Positions 21,001-31,251 of a stretch of 64,000 nucleotides of DNA are shown here, one piece after another. The notes under the pieces were generated by a model. That model was not told the DNA's origin. It worked only from the letters and a program-made list of their open reading frames with translations, and made no database searches. The translations under genes were made by a program, and so were the position numbers. Positions within the stretch are counted from its first letter, which is position 1. Each line of letters starts with the position of its first letter. Origin of the DNA: an uncultured Methanosarcinales archaeon (GTDB lineage: Archaea; Halobacteriota; Methanosarcinia; Methanotrichales; Methanotrichaceae); assembly GCA_963843555.1 (NCBI GenBank), contig CAWJKV010000015.1, forward strand, positions 41,353 through 105,352, written 5' to 3'.

Positions 21001-21237
21001 ATGACAATGGCAGAAGATGAAGTTCTCCAAGAGATTTCGGATACGCTTATTTCGATCAGCGACAGCCTGGAAGGGATTAATGCAGAGCTCGCTGATATCA
21101 GTATGTCGAGCAAAATGCTGATATTTTTTAAGCTGATAGAATTGAGGCCGGATATGAAAGACAAGCTCGGGCCATTGATCAATGACCTGGCCGCGTCTAT
21201 GGATTTTGATATGGGGGACGAGCCGGAAAAGGTCTAG
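21001..21237 (+). CDS. Small acidic hypothetical protein
   Basis: 78 aa ORF with helical, coiled-coil character and a GTGA RBS. Confidence 0.65.
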   Translation: MTMAEDEVLQEISDTLISISDSLEGINAELADISMSSKMLIFFKLIELRPDMKDKLGPLINDLAASMDFDMGDEPEKV

Positions 21238-21675
21238 CGCGAGAGAGACTCTGGGCCAAATAATAATAACTCGCGACGACTGGCGGGCGGGAAGGGCCCA
21301 GTCCACCCGCGCGAGCGCTCGAATGAAGGCAAGAGTGCTGGAGGCGGGGCATGTGCCCGGAGAAGAATGAAGCCCCAGAAGTCTGCCGGAATTGAGAAAT
21401 GGTGGAGGACGGCGTGGTCATGCTTACTTGAAGAGGGGATCGTCGTCGGTTAAGAGGCAGCCCGCAATCTTACCGGCCAATATTTGAGGATCAAAAATCG
21501 TAATACTGCGGCCCATTTTTCTATCTTATAAACATCGGCCTGAATTATTCCCGGTATTTTTCAACATATGCGTCTTATCTGTTAAGTAGAAATATACAGT
21601 ATCAGAATTACGAAAGTTTTATCAGTATCTATGTTATATGATGATTATAAGCCGATATTGGGGGGTTGATGGAAG

Positions 21676-21951
21676 ATGGCACGGAGGAATAGGCTGGAGA
21701 TACTCGGCTGTATTCTGAACATCTGCAAAGAGGATGGATCGAGCAAAACAAAAGTTGTCTATCAGCTAAACCTAAATTTTAGAAATGCAGGCTTATATCT
21801 CGAATGGCTAACCGAACAGGGGTACCTGGCCAAGCAAGATAAATTGTACAGGATAACACCTTCCGGCCAAAAGTTGCTGGAAAATCTCAATGATATTAAT
21901 TCTATGATTAACTGCGATATTGGCGATGCTCTGGCAAAAGATGACGAGTAA
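21676..21951 (+). CDS. Winged-helix transcriptional regulator (HTH_45 type)
   Basis: RRNRLEI..IL...SKTKVVYQLNLNF...YL..L...YRITPSG. Confidence 0.88.
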   Translation: MARRNRLEILGCILNICKEDGSSKTKVVYQLNLNFRNAGLYLEWLTEQGYLAKQDKLYRITPSGQKLLENLNDINSMINCDIGDALAKDDE

Positions 21952-22108
21952 CCCATTTTTGACTTCGAGCAGTCCCTATTAATTCATGCGCAGCAAGTCA
22001 TGGCTATGCATAACTGTCTCCCAATAGCCTTCTTTTCATTATGAAAATTGAATGATCCCAACATTGCTTCGAAAGCACAAGGCAGCTCACCAAAATAGTC
22101 TTTCGTCT

Positions 22109-22771
22109 TTAAGGCATTCCAAGCCGTCCCTTTATCGCTCTGATATCCGACTGCATCTGCCTCAATTGCATCGTGATTCCCGGTTGGACCTCTTCTTTCA
22201 GTCCCTTGATCTCTTCATGAATCTGTGTAATTGCATCGGTATTCTCTCTCACAGCTTTCATATCGTTCTTCATCTCCTTCATATCGCCCTTCATCTCTCT
22301 AATGTCGCCCTTCGTCTCTTTTATGTCACCCTTCATCTCTTTTATGTCACCCTTCATCTCTCTAATGTCGCCCTTTGTCTCTTTTATGTCACCCTTCATC
22401 TCTTTGATGTCGCCCTTTGTCTCTTTTATATCGTCTCTTATCTCCAACAGGACCGGTATGGCCTTATTCATCTGTATCGTGGTGCAGAATTGGGCATACT
22501 CTCCAATTGTCATAATCTCTCCATCACAGTCCTCGGCCTGTATTCGGGATACCTCGCTGAGGTCTGGGCGCTTGGTCTCCACCAGAGCATGGAAGGCTTC
22601 GACTGCCACTTTGCCGCCATCAACGAAGACCAAGACCTCTTCGCCCTCGATGCTCTCCGTATTATGGGCCTCAAACATCCTGATTCTTTTGGCCATGGCC
22701 ATGCTCATGAGGAGGTATCTGTAGCCAACATCATGGACCTTAGGGCCGGTGATGGTAATCTTAAGCTTCAT
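22109..22771 (-). CDS. Acylphosphatase-like domain fused to a heptad-repeat coiled coil
   Basis: ITGPKVHDVGYR N-terminal domain followed by (DIKE[T/M]KG)n. Confidence 0.85.
   Translation of the reverse strand: MKLKITITGPKVHDVGYRYLLMSMAMAKRIRMFEAHNTESIEGEEVLVFVDGGKVAVEAFHALVETKRPDLSEVSRIQAEDCDGEIMTIGEYAQFCTTIQMNKAIPVLLEIRDDIKETKGDIKEMKGDIKETKGDIREMKGDIKEMKGDIKETKGDIREMKGDMKEMKNDMKAVRENTDAITQIHEEIKGLKEEVQPGITMQLRQMQSDIRAIKGRLGMP
22244..22432 (-). repeat. Coding 21-bp tandem repeat, ~9 units
   Basis: Plus-strand units like tgtc[a/g]ccctt[c/t][a/g]tctcttt[t]a encode DIKETKG/DIKEMKG/DIREMKG. Confidence 0.92.
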
Positions 22772-22854
22772 TCACAGGGATATGTGCGCGCCTGTGAGAA
22801 AAGGATTTGGGTCAGTAGCTTTGCTTTGGAAAAAAGGAATGGAAAAAACGCTGC

Positions 22855-23826
22855 CTAAAACCGTCTCCGGATCATGTAGTCGGCCAGCTCCAGCATTGTC
22901 GTCTTGGCATCTGAGTCCGGCAGAACTTGCAGGGCTCCCTTGCCTCTGTCCACCATCTCTTCCGCCCTGGAGCGGGCGTACTCGATCGACCCGCTCTTCT
23001 GCAGGAGAGAGATGGACTGCTGGATCTCAACTGACGTTGCCTCCTTCTTGCCGAAGACCGGCACAGGGACATCGTTTGCAAAGGCATGGATGATGATCAA
23101 TGTCTTCTTTCCCTCAATCAAGTCCCCGCCCTGCCGCTTGCCTGAGACATTCTCGGGGGTGATAAGATCGATGACGTCATCCTGCAGTTGAAAGCCCATG
23201 CCCACCAGCCTGCCGAACTCGTCCATTGCCAAAACGACCTCGGGCGAGGCTCCGGCGAGAAGCGCCCCCATGGCGGCCGAAGCACCGTAGAGCACACCTG
23301 TCTTCTTCTCGATCATCTCCATGTACTCGTCCTCAGAGGCACGATCTCGAGACTCAAATTCCATGTCCAGCCACTGGCCTTCACAAATAGCCGTGCAGGT
23401 CTTGGAGAGCATATTCATGGCTTCGAGGATTCTCCCTGGGTCGGCAGGGGTCACGCCCAGAACCTGAAAGGCCTTGGAGTAGAGCGTATCCCCTGCCAGA
23501 ATCGCTCCCGGCTCGCCCCAGAGCTTGTGGACGGCAGGCCGGCCTCGCCGCACATCGGCATTATCCATGATGTCGTCGTGGATCAGCGTGAAGTTATGGA
23601 TCAGCTCTATGGCGACTGCCGCAGGAGCAAGACCTTCGGCCTCGCCCCCCGCAGCTTCTGCCGAGAGCAATAGCATGGATGGCCGCAGCCTCTTTCCGCC
23701 GGAGTCCACCAAGTGCCGGCTTGCCTCGTACAGCCCGCGCGGGTGCACCACCGGCAGCAACTGCTCGATGGCTTCCGTAACCAGGGCGGCACGCTTTTGC
23801 AGCTCTTTATCCATCATCTTTCTCAT
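22855..23826 (-). CDS. idsA: Geranylgeranyl diphosphate synthase (polyprenyl synthetase)
   Basis: GGKRLRP, HNFTLIHDDIMD..RRG, KKTG, FQLQDD, DLIEGKKT; start after GGAGG. Confidence 0.93.
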   Translation of the reverse strand: MRKMMDKELQKRAALVTEAIEQLLPVVHPRGLYEASRHLVDSGGKRLRPSMLLLSAEAAGGEAEGLAPAAVAIELIHNFTLIHDDIMDNADVRRGRPAVHKLWGEPGAILAGDTLYSKAFQVLGVTPADPGRILEAMNMLSKTCTAICEGQWLDMEFESRDRASEDEYMEMIEKKTGVLYGASAAMGALLAGASPEVVLAMDEFGRLVGMGFQLQDDVIDLITPENVSGKRQGGDLIEGKKTLIIIHAFANDVPVPVFGKKEATSVEIQQSISLLQKSGSIEYARSRAEEMVDRGKGALQVLPDSDAKTTMLELADYMIRRRF

Positions 23827-23882
23827 AACTTCCTCCTTGATCCTATTAACATTCGATCTTCGATAGTCCTTGACCTTCGATC

Positions 23883-25220
23883 TTAATCGATGAGCAGCTC
23901 CTGGCCGTTTCTCACAAGATGAAAATTGGAGCCCAGAGAATACCCTGTCTCCTCTGCCATCATGAGATAGCTGCCGTGGCTGTTCAGGTTCCCGTGACTG
24001 GGTATTACATGTTCCGGCTGTATCGTGCGCAGAAGCTCCCAATGATCTTCCTGGCAGGCATGCCCTGAGACATGCACATTATCGTAAATCCTGCCACCTC
24101 GCATCTTGAGCTTGGTGACAACCGTGTGCCGGTTGGACACATTAAGCGGCTGGGGTATGGTGCCTGCAGAGAAGATGATCTTATCCCCGGACTCCACCAG
24201 ATAATCGGTCTCGCCATTGGCCACCCGGCTCAAGATAGCCCCCGGCTCCCCTTGATGGCCGGTCATGATGGGCAGATACTTATCCTTGCCTTCGGTCATG
24301 ATTCTCTTCAGGGCTTTGTCCACCGACTTCCTTCTTCCGAAGACAGTCACCTCTCCCTGTCCGGCATAGCCTGTCCGCACGGCTGTGCCCCAGTATTTCT
24401 CCATGGACCGGCCCAGGAGCACAGGTTTTCGGCCCATCTTGTGGGCAGCCTCGATTATTGCTCTGATGCGGGCAATGTGTGAGGAAAACGTCGTGACCAT
24501 GACGCCGGATTTCGACTCTTCTGTACCGATGAGCACATCCCATACCAGGTCTTTGGCGATCTTCTCAGAGGGCGTCTTTCCCGAGATGGAGGCGTTTGTT
24601 GTCTCGGTGATAAGTGCCAGCACGCCTTCCTTTCCCAGAGCTCTGAGCCTGGCAAAGTCTGGCGGCTCGCCCAGTGTCGGGCTCCTGTCGATCTTATAAT
24701 CATTAGCGTAGACTATGGTGCCCTTGGGAGTGTGAATGGCAGCAAAGACGCAGTCTACAATGCTGTGCTGTACGCGGATGAACTCCAGCTCGATATCCGG
24801 GGTGACCTGAAAGCGTTCTCCCGCGTTCATGGTCTTGAGAGGATTGTTCACCCCGAATATCTTCTCGGACTTGATCTCCTGATTGATGAGATCTGCGGTA
24901 AAAGGAGTAGCTATGATTGGGGCATGATACTTATGGGCCAGTTTGGATATGGCACCAATATGATCCAGGTGACCGTGTGTACAGGCAATGGCCCTTACTT
25001 TTCCATCGATGTTCTCCATGATGCTGTCATCGGGAATGGCACCCATGTTGATCAGGTCGGCGGCATGCAGCGACTCTACATCTGTATCCTCGTGAATCTG
25101 CACTCGATCCAGCCTGATTCCCATATCCATTACCACGATATCTTTTCCTATCCTTATCGCCGTCATGTTACGGCCAATTTCGTTATAGCCGCCCACCGCG
25201 ATGATTGCAATATCCTTCAT
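23883..25220 (-). CDS. rnj: Ribonuclease J (beta-CASP metallo-beta-lactamase)
   Basis: GGYNEIGRNMT, THGHLDHIG, HVSGH, PSHG. Confidence 0.95.
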   Translation of the reverse strand: MKDIAIIAVGGYNEIGRNMTAIRIGKDIVVMDMGIRLDRVQIHEDTDVESLHAADLINMGAIPDDSIMENIDGKVRAIACTHGHLDHIGAISKLAHKYHAPIIATPFTADLINQEIKSEKIFGVNNPLKTMNAGERFQVTPDIELEFIRVQHSIVDCVFAAIHTPKGTIVYANDYKIDRSPTLGEPPDFARLRALGKEGVLALITETTNASISGKTPSEKIAKDLVWDVLIGTEESKSGVMVTTFSSHIARIRAIIEAAHKMGRKPVLLGRSMEKYWGTAVRTGYAGQGEVTVFGRRKSVDKALKRIMTEGKDKYLPIMTGHQGEPGAILSRVANGETDYLVESGDKIIFSAGTIPQPLNVSNRHTVVTKLKMRGGRIYDNVHVSGHACQEDHWELLRTIQPEHVIPSHGNLNSHGSYLMMAEETGYSLGSNFHLVRNGQELLID

Positions 25221-26305
25221 TTTGCCAACTCTCTATAAGCAGAAAATTTTCTCAAGTCGAAACCCCGTGCATCAAGCCAAACTCTGGTCCTTCCTAGAAC
25301 CACGAGAGGAACACGGGCCAGTTGTCTCACATTCGTACATCCGGTGAGGAACATCGAGATCCTCAGTGCCCGAATATAGGGATTCATAGCCTTAACTACA
25401 GCTTTTGTATCCTTTGTGGCAGGTTTTAGCATGGGAAGAGCAGTCTCTGCCAGGATGGCGCCTAAAGATAGACTCTTAGCAACATCCAGGCCGTTTCGAA
25501 CTCCTCCCGAGGAGATAACATCCAACCCCTGGGCTTTGCATTCTATTATGCTCACAGGCGTGGGAATTCCCCAGCTCCAAAATAGCCTTCCCATCTCCTC
25601 CAATTCATCGTCCCCGGCCATTGCCGCGCGGTAGGCCTCAACGCCTGCCCAGGAAAGACCTCCCAGGCCTGAGACATCGACCATCTTGACCCCTGCGTTT
25701 GCCAGATCCCGGGCAGCCTCCCATGGTATGCCGGCGCCGGTCTCCTTGATGATTATGGGCACCTTTCCCCTGGCCGCAGACGCGATCGCATCCAGAACGC
25801 CGGAAGCCTCTTTGTCTCCTTCGGGCTGAATGCACTCCTGCAAGAAGTTCAAATGAACTGCCACTGCATCTGCATCTATCATCTCTGCCAGGCGCTCTAA
25901 AACCTCCGGCCCGGATCTCTTCAGCTGGACGGCTCCAATATTGCCAATGATGGGTATGTCTGGTGCCGCATCCCTGGCGGCAGAGAAGGTATCCACCAGA
26001 CTCTTGTCCTCCAGGGCTGCCCTCTGTGAGCCCACCCCGAGTGCTATTCCTAACTCAGATGCCGCCTCCGCCAGGCGAACATTGATCTCCTTGACATCGC
26101 GATGACCACCGGTCATGGCTCCGATGATGAGGGGGGCCGTCAGCCTCTTTCCCAAGAAACTGCAGGTGGTATCGATATCTGCCTCATCGATCTCCGGGAG
26201 AGCCTTATGGATCAGAACCAGATCGTCGAAGGGCCTGCATTCCGATTCTACAGGTTTCTCCAGGCAGATTCTGATGTGGTCGAGCTTGCGGCTGGATGTT
26301 GTCAA
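25217..26305 (-). CDS. fni: Type 2 isopentenyl-diphosphate delta-isomerase
   Basis: RKLDHI, AMTGG, VGSQR, HLNFLQE..QPEG, KETGAG, SGGVRNGLD. Confidence 0.95.
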   Translation of the reverse strand: MTTSSRKLDHIRICLEKPVESECRPFDDLVLIHKALPEIDEADIDTTCSFLGKRLTAPLIIGAMTGGHRDVKEINVRLAEAASELGIALGVGSQRAALEDKSLVDTFSAARDAAPDIPIIGNIGAVQLKRSGPEVLERLAEMIDADAVAVHLNFLQECIQPEGDKEASGVLDAIASAARGKVPIIIKETGAGIPWEAARDLANAGVKMVDVSGLGGLSWAGVEAYRAAMAGDDELEEMGRLFWSWGIPTPVSIIECKAQGLDVISSGGVRNGLDVAKSLSLGAILAETALPMLKPATKDTKAVVKAMNPYIRALRISMFLTGCTNVRQLARVPLVVLGRTRVWLDARGFDLRKFSAYRELAK

Positions 26306-27054
26306 TTAGGCCTCCAGACTCTTGTTCCTATAGATTCTCCCCGCAAAGCTCGCTCAATATTCCCTTTTTTGGCGGCGTTGAATATAACTGAATCTATTCC
26401 CATATCTGCCAGGTCCAGCAATTCCTGGAGCTTTCCTTTCATGCCGCCTGTAACGTCCACGCCCCCACTCCCTCCAACGACGCTCTCCAATGCAGGAAGA
26501 TCTCCCCTCGTAATCTCCGCCAGAGGCTTGCCTGAGAGCAGCACGCCATCCACGTCGCAGCCCACAGCTGTGACCTCGGCCTGCAGAGCTCCGGCAAGAT
26601 ATGAGACGAGCTGGTCTCCGGAGACAATTCCCGCTTTTCGTTTTGCATCCATCGCTACATCTCCATGCAGCACCGGCATGAGGCCTTCTTTCAGCATAGC
26701 TTTCAGCGGCCCCAGGGCAAAACTGTCTATCCTGCCGTTCGAGAGGAGGAGACAGGAGAGGGGATGAAGAGGCAGTGAATCGACTCCCGCGCGGCTCAGG
26801 GCCTTGACCACAAGATCATTCAGCCTGGCCACAGAATCATGCGTCACCCTCAATCCCTCCGGGCTGAAGCTCCAAGGCAGACCATACTTTTTGGCGGGGA
26901 TATGACCAAAGGATCCTGCTCCATGCACTAGCACCAGGTCTTCCGGGTGGGCAGCAATCTCCCCAGCTACACGCGAAATCTCGTCCTGTCGGGCGGCATC
27001 TCCACGGGTTTTGTCGGTCAAAATGCTTCCCCCGATCTTCAGAACCTTAGTCAC
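26302..27054 (-). CDS. ipk: Isopentenyl phosphate kinase
   Basis: LKIGGS.LTDK, VHGAGSFGH, DVTGGM; lies between mvk and fni. Confidence 0.93.
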   Translation of the reverse strand: MTKVLKIGGSILTDKTRGDAARQDEISRVAGEIAAHPEDLVLVHGAGSFGHIPAKKYGLPWSFSPEGLRVTHDSVARLNDLVVKALSRAGVDSLPLHPLSCLLLSNGRIDSFALGPLKAMLKEGLMPVLHGDVAMDAKRKAGIVSGDQLVSYLAGALQAEVTAVGCDVDGVLLSGKPLAEITRGDLPALESVVGGSGGVDVTGGMKGKLQELLDLADMGIDSVIFNAAKKGNIERALRGESIGTRVWRPN

Positions 27055-28007
27055 GTGTCACTCTCCAGCCTCACTCCCTCACATCCAGCCTTAACGGCAA
27101 ATGCCAGTCCTCTCGCCTGTCTCAGGGCCACCATCAATGCATCTCTTAGGCCGGGCTTTGGCAGAGCGATCATGCAGCCGCCACCTCCTGCGCCGGTGAG
27201 CTTGGCTCCGAAGGCTCCCCCGGCATTTCGTGCGGCATAGACCAGATCGCATAGCTCCCGGGTGCCTACTCCCAGGGCCTCCAGCAGGCCGTGGTTGATG
27301 TTCATCAGCTCACCCAGTTGGACCAGGTCTCGATCTCTGATGAGTGGAACGGCCCGCGTCGATATGGCCCCAATGGCCTGAAATATGGGCTCGACCGCAT
27401 CAGGATAGCGTTCCTTCAGGCTCTGTACCTTCTCAACCTCAGAGAGTGTATCGTGAGACAATTTTGTATATCCCACTATCATCTCCAGCGGGGAAAGATG
27501 GAGAGGCTTGACCTCTCTTGCGACCTGCAGGTAGCCGCCAAAAGAGGCGAGCGCTGTATCCATGGGGCTGCCACGGCCATTTTGAACCCTCTTTTCTATG
27601 CGGTAGGCGGTGGATGCGGTCTCCTCCAGGGAGAGCCCGAGATCCAGGTGACCATTGAGAGCCGCAACTGTGGCCACAACGATGGCAGCCGATGATCCCA
27701 GGCCTGCTGCCAGGGGAAGTTCCGATTCGATCTTAACAGAGAGATCTTTTGCTTCAAATTCCCTGAGAGCGGCCGAGACATACCTCGTAGCATGCACGGC
27801 ACTGGAGGAGATGAGCTGGCCTGTGGTCAGATCTATTGAGAATCCCCGCAGAGCAAGGTCTTTGGTCTCGATGAGAACTTTGCCGGGCAGGTCATGCAGT
27901 GTTACCTTTGCTCGAAGGTCTATGGCTCCGCCCAAAGCAGTAAAGCCGGATACGACGGCATGCTCTCCAAAAAGGATTATCTTGCCGGGAGCCGAGGCCG
28001 TTGTCAT
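27051..28007 (-). CDS. mvk: Mevalonate kinase
   Basis: APGKIILFGEHAVV, GLGSSAA, KLTGAGGGGC. Confidence 0.95.
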   Translation of the reverse strand: MTTASAPGKIILFGEHAVVSGFTALGGAIDLRAKVTLHDLPGKVLIETKDLALRGFSIDLTTGQLISSSAVHATRYVSAALREFEAKDLSVKIESELPLAAGLGSSAAIVVATVAALNGHLDLGLSLEETASTAYRIEKRVQNGRGSPMDTALASFGGYLQVAREVKPLHLSPLEMIVGYTKLSHDTLSEVEKVQSLKERYPDAVEPIFQAIGAISTRAVPLIRDRDLVQLGELMNINHGLLEALGVGTRELCDLVYAARNAGGAFGAKLTGAGGGGCMIALPKPGLRDALMVALRQARGLAFAVKAGCEGVRLESDT

Positions 28008-28018
28008 TAAGACCCACC

Positions 28019-28807
28019 TCAGGTGAAGACGATCGCTCCGTACCCGACTACCTGTCCATAGTCCCTGCTGACGTCTCCGCTGGTAGCGTAGCGGAGCAGT
28101 TTGCCGCTGACACTTCCCAGGCCCGCGGCGGCGGTTATGGTAGCGGCTATGGGTCCATAGCCACATGCCGTCGCATTATAGCGATAAACTCTGGAATAAA
28201 GCTCCGGGACGTCCATATTCAATATGGCCTCTATCAATTGGGTATCCACCTTGCGAGCGATTTCTTGCGGCTCGTAGTGAGTGAAATCGCTGCTGGCTAT
28301 CACAGTACAATCCCGCTTCAGTTTGAGGATGGCCCGAGCAAGCTCCCTACCTACCTCTACGGCCGTTTCTTCATCCTGCATTCCCATAGAGATGGGGAGA
28401 ATCTTGAATTCCTGGAAACGTGCCTGAAGAAATGGGATCTGGACCTCAATGGAATGCTCTTGCTGGTGAGCGACTTCATCCTGGTCGATGATCGTGCCGG
28501 CTAATGCCTCGGCCAGCTCCAGGTCCGGCTGAACGACTCCGAGAGGCGTTCTCCAGGAGTCGCGGGAGAGAGCCACTGGTGAGCCAAGCCCGTGATGATT
28601 GGGTCCCAGTATCACATAGGTCTCTCTTTTGGGAAGGCGAGAATAGACTTCGCCCGCAACAGATCCCGAATAGATATATCCGGCATGTGGTACCACGCCC
28701 CCCAAGACCGGCATCTCAACAGCTCGTGGAAGCATATCCTCCAGCTGGTGCTTCAGCTCCGCTGCATCGCCCGGATAGAACTGACCTGCAACAGCCGGAA
28801 GACGCAT
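28019..28807 (-). CDS. MEMO1 family protein (AmmeMemoRadiSam protein B)
   Basis: PAVAGQFYP, PHAGYIYSG, EHSIEVQIPFLQ, SSDFTHY, CGYGP. Confidence 0.93.
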   Translation of the reverse strand: MRLPAVAGQFYPGDAAELKHQLEDMLPRAVEMPVLGGVVPHAGYIYSGSVAGEVYSRLPKRETYVILGPNHHGLGSPVALSRDSWRTPLGVVQPDLELAEALAGTIIDQDEVAHQQEHSIEVQIPFLQARFQEFKILPISMGMQDEETAVEVGRELARAILKLKRDCTVIASSDFTHYEPQEIARKVDTQLIEAILNMDVPELYSRVYRYNATACGYGPIAATITAAAGLGSVSGKLLRYATSGDVSRDYGQVVGYGAIVFT

Positions 28808-28810
28808 CGA

Positions 28811-29431
28811 TCAAAACTCCATCTCGAAGTCCGAGATAGTGTATTTGAAGCGATCTTCTTCGCCGCGCTCGCGCAAAACCTGTCGGGCTAAGAGCCAGTA
28901 GATAAGCGTAAGAGCCTTCCTGCCTTTGTTGTTGGTGGGTATCACCAGGTCAACATTGGAGGTCATATTATTGGTATCGCATAGAGCGATCACTGGTATG
29001 CCTACATCCACGCCTTCGTTGACCGCCTGGGCATCGCCGCTGGGGTCTGTGGCTATGAGCGCATCTGGCTCCATGAAGCCCCGGAAGGCCGGGTTGGTCA
29101 GGGTATTGGGCACGAACCTGCCGACGTTCGCGCTGGCACCGATGGCCTTGGCGAACATGGTGGCCGGTCTCTGGCCGTACTGCCGGGCAGAAACGACCAG
29201 AATATTTGCCGGGTCGTACTTGGCCAGGAACTTGGCAGCCAGACGGATGCGCTTATCTGTGGACTGAACATCCAGAACATACAGCCCGTCCGTCCTCACC
29301 CTGTAAATGTAGGGCATCATGTCATTTGTTTTCTGCTGAGTACCGATGTGCACGCCCGCTGCGAGGTACTCGTCGATTGGTATGAGAGTCTCATATTCTC
29401 CCGCTACCGTTATCACCTCATCTTCTTCCAA
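28811..29431 (-). CDS. rps2: 30S ribosomal protein S2 (uS2)
   Basis: [31 protein letters not shown]. Confidence 0.97.
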   Translation of the reverse strand: MEEDEVITVAGEYETLIPIDEYLAAGVHIGTQQKTNDMMPYIYRVRTDGLYVLDVQSTDKRIRLAAKFLAKYDPANILVVSARQYGQRPATMFAKAIGASANVGRFVPNTLTNPAFRGFMEPDALIATDPSGDAQAVNEGVDVGIPVIALCDTNNMTSNVDLVIPTNNKGRKALTLIYWLLARQVLRERGEEDRFKYTISDFEMEF

Positions 29432-29436
29432 CTAAT

Positions 29437-29625
29437 TCACCTACCTAAATTGCGATCGCGTTTTACGGTTATGGGAATTACGCCCAGTTTCATCTCTTCA
29501 AGCGCTATTTCGAGAGGGTCGGTTAGACTTGTATCGATCAGCACTGGAGCGCCCATGAAAACTTGCAAAGCCCGTGCTCCTACTATTCGCGCACGTTCAT
29601 ATCTGGTATATTTCTCGCCCTTCAA
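29437..29625 (-). CDS. rpoK: RNA polymerase subunit K (Rpo6)
   Basis: [15 protein letters not shown]. Confidence 0.96.
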   Translation of the reverse strand: MKGEKYTRYERARIVGARALQVFMGAPVLIDTSLTDPLEIALEEMKLGVIPITVKRDRNLGR

Positions 29626-29652
29626 ATAGCCACCTCAAAAGGAAGAGTATGA

Positions 29653-29727
29653 TGGGGTTGCTGAGATTCGAACTCAGGTCACAGCGTCCCGAACGCTGTA
29701 GGATGGACCAGGCTACCCTACAACCCC
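29653..29727 (-). tRNA. tRNA-Pro (CGG)
   Basis: GGGGTTG/CAACCCC acceptor stem, anticodon arm CAGCG-TTCGGGA-CGCTG, T arm CTGAG-TTCGAAT-CTCAG; conserved position between rpoN and rpoK. Confidence 0.96.
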
Positions 29728-29729
29728 TT

Positions 29730-29915
29730 CTACTGGTACCGCCTAAGCGTTTCCACTATCTCCACATGAGAGAGAAGCATGCGCCTGCAGCAGTATTTTT
29801 CTATTCCCAGGTCATCTAAGACTTTGCCGGGAGGCTCGGTCTTGATGCGCTCCCGGTATTCCTCCCATACATGGGAAACCACTTTGCCACAGGAAAAACA
29901 CCTGACTGGAATCAA
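29730..29915 (-). CDS. rpoN: RNA polymerase subunit N (Rpo10)
   Basis: IPVRCFSCGK...YCCRRM. Confidence 0.97.
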   Translation of the reverse strand: MIPVRCFSCGKVVSHVWEEYRERIKTEPPGKVLDDLGIEKYCCRRMLLSHVEIVETLRRYQ

Positions 29916-29921
29916 GCAGTT

Positions 29922-30320
29922 TCACCTGTAGGACTTCTGGTACTTGGACCTGGCACCTGGTCCGCCGAACTTTTTCCTCTCCTTGTGGCGGTGATCGCTG
30001 ACAAGGAGATTTCGGTCGTATTCGGAGAAGGCCTCTTTGAGGGCCGTGTCGCCGGTCCACTCTACGATGCCTTTGGCGATTGCAGTGCGGACGGCGTCTG
30101 TCTGGCCCATTGTCCCGCCACCGCTAACCACGACATCGATATTCATCCCTTTGATCAGATCTCCTGCGATCTGAACGGGTTCCTGGATCTTGAGTCTGGC
30201 CAGCCGGGGCTCGTGGATATCAAGGGGCACTTTGTTGATGCGCACAATGCCCTTTCCGTCCTTCAGAGTGGCCCTTGCAGTTGCCGTCTTCTTCTTACCC
30301 GAGGTATTAATTATCTTCAT
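29922..30320 (-). CDS. rps9: 30S ribosomal protein S9 (uS9)
   Basis: [10 protein letters not shown]...[17 protein letters not shown]. Confidence 0.97.
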   Translation of the reverse strand: MKIINTSGKKKTATARATLKDGKGIVRINKVPLDIHEPRLARLKIQEPVQIAGDLIKGMNIDVVVSGGGTMGQTDAVRTAIAKGIVEWTGDTALKEAFSEYDRNLLVSDHRHKERKKFGGPGARSKYQKSYR

Positions 30321-30330
30321 AGCGAACCTC

Positions 30331-30750
30331 TCAGAAGTTTGCTCCGAGCCTCTTGCTCAAGGCACCAAGCTCGATATACTTGTTATTGCTCTCGGTCCTC
30401 ATCTTCGCAGCATCGGGCTGCTCCAGTGGCATCCCTTTGAGTTCTCTGGGAATGCCCACATATGTCTTGAGCCGGGAGAATGCGTCTCTTCCCCGTCTCA
30501 TCCTGTAGGGAAGCATGCCGCGTACGGTCCTCTTGAGAATCATCTCTGGCCGGCGGGGGAAGTAGGGACCTCTCTCCTTATGGCCACGGGCCCTCGTTTG
30601 GCCATAATCGCCGAAAATGTAGTCTTTTCCACCGGTAATGAGAACTTTCTCAGCGTTGACAATCATGATCTCTTCGCCAGCCAAAAGGCTCTTGGCGGTT
30701 ACACTCGCCAGGCGTCCCAGGACCAATCCAGTTGCATCTACTACTTTCAT
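30331..30750 (-). CDS. rpl13: 50S ribosomal protein L13 (uL13)
   Basis: [16 protein letters not shown]...RTVRGMLP. Confidence 0.97.
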   Translation of the reverse strand: MKVVDATGLVLGRLASVTAKSLLAGEEIMIVNAEKVLITGGKDYIFGDYGQTRARGHKERGPYFPRRPEMILKRTVRGMLPYRMRRGRDAFSRLKTYVGIPRELKGMPLEQPDAAKMRTESNNKYIELGALSKRLGANF

Positions 30751-30754
30751 CGCC

Positions 30755-31114
30755 TCACCTCAAAATCTTTATGCCTGATCCCTTGGGGTGCTCTTGCACC
30801 AACTTTTCAATTGGCAAGCACTTCCCGCCGGCTTCTGTGATCTTGGCCATGGCCTGGCTGCTAAAATTGAGTGCGGCTACGGTAACGCTATGTTCCAGAT
30901 CGCCGGAGGCCAGCACCTTTCCAGCCACAAGGACGGTGTCGTTGGACTGGGTATGCCGGTTGATCTTGCTGAGGTTGACAGCAGCGTAGTTGCGACTGGG
31001 CTTCTCCAGTCTCTTGGCAATATCGCGCCAGAGAGGAGCGCCATTCTCACGAGAGGCCGCCTTAAGATCGCCGATAAGGCGGGTTATTCTTGGATTTGTC
31101 TTCTCAAATGTCAT
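30755..31114 (-). CDS. rpl18e: 50S ribosomal protein L18e
   Basis: [31 protein letters not shown]. Confidence 0.96.
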   Translation of the reverse strand: MTFEKTNPRITRLIGDLKAASRENGAPLWRDIAKRLEKPSRNYAAVNLSKINRHTQSNDTVLVAGKVLASGDLEHSVTVAALNFSSQAMAKITEAGGKCLPIEKLVQEHPKGSGIKILR

Positions 31115-31237
31115 TTAAATCCTCCGCATGGCCTCAATAGGGCCGACTCACGCGCCAAGCGCGCGTTCGAACCTGCCGGTTCATGCGCCCAGGGCACACT
31201 ATCCCTGTGCGGAATATGTAGATCGACAATGCCCCAG

Positions 31238-31251
31238 TATTTAAGGGTTTT
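31238..31251 (-). promoter_or_regulatory. Archaeal BRE/TATA promoter of the rpl18e operon
   Basis: Minus strand AAAACCC-TTAAATA about 125 nt upstream of the rpl18e ATG. Confidence 0.65.

Noticed and set aside
21240..21480. GC-rich intergenic stretch as RNase P or SRP RNA
   Set aside because: Lacks the GAGGAAAGUCC/P4 signature and the SRP helix 8 motif; more likely a decayed coding remnant.
22244..22432. 21-bp repeats as a CRISPR array
   Set aside because: The units are head-to-tail with no spacers and encode in-frame heptads.
31150..31213. tRNA-Leu upstream of rpl18e (GGTTCGAA motif)
   Set aside because: No T-stem, D-arm or acceptor stem can be formed; reported instead as a candidate leader structure.
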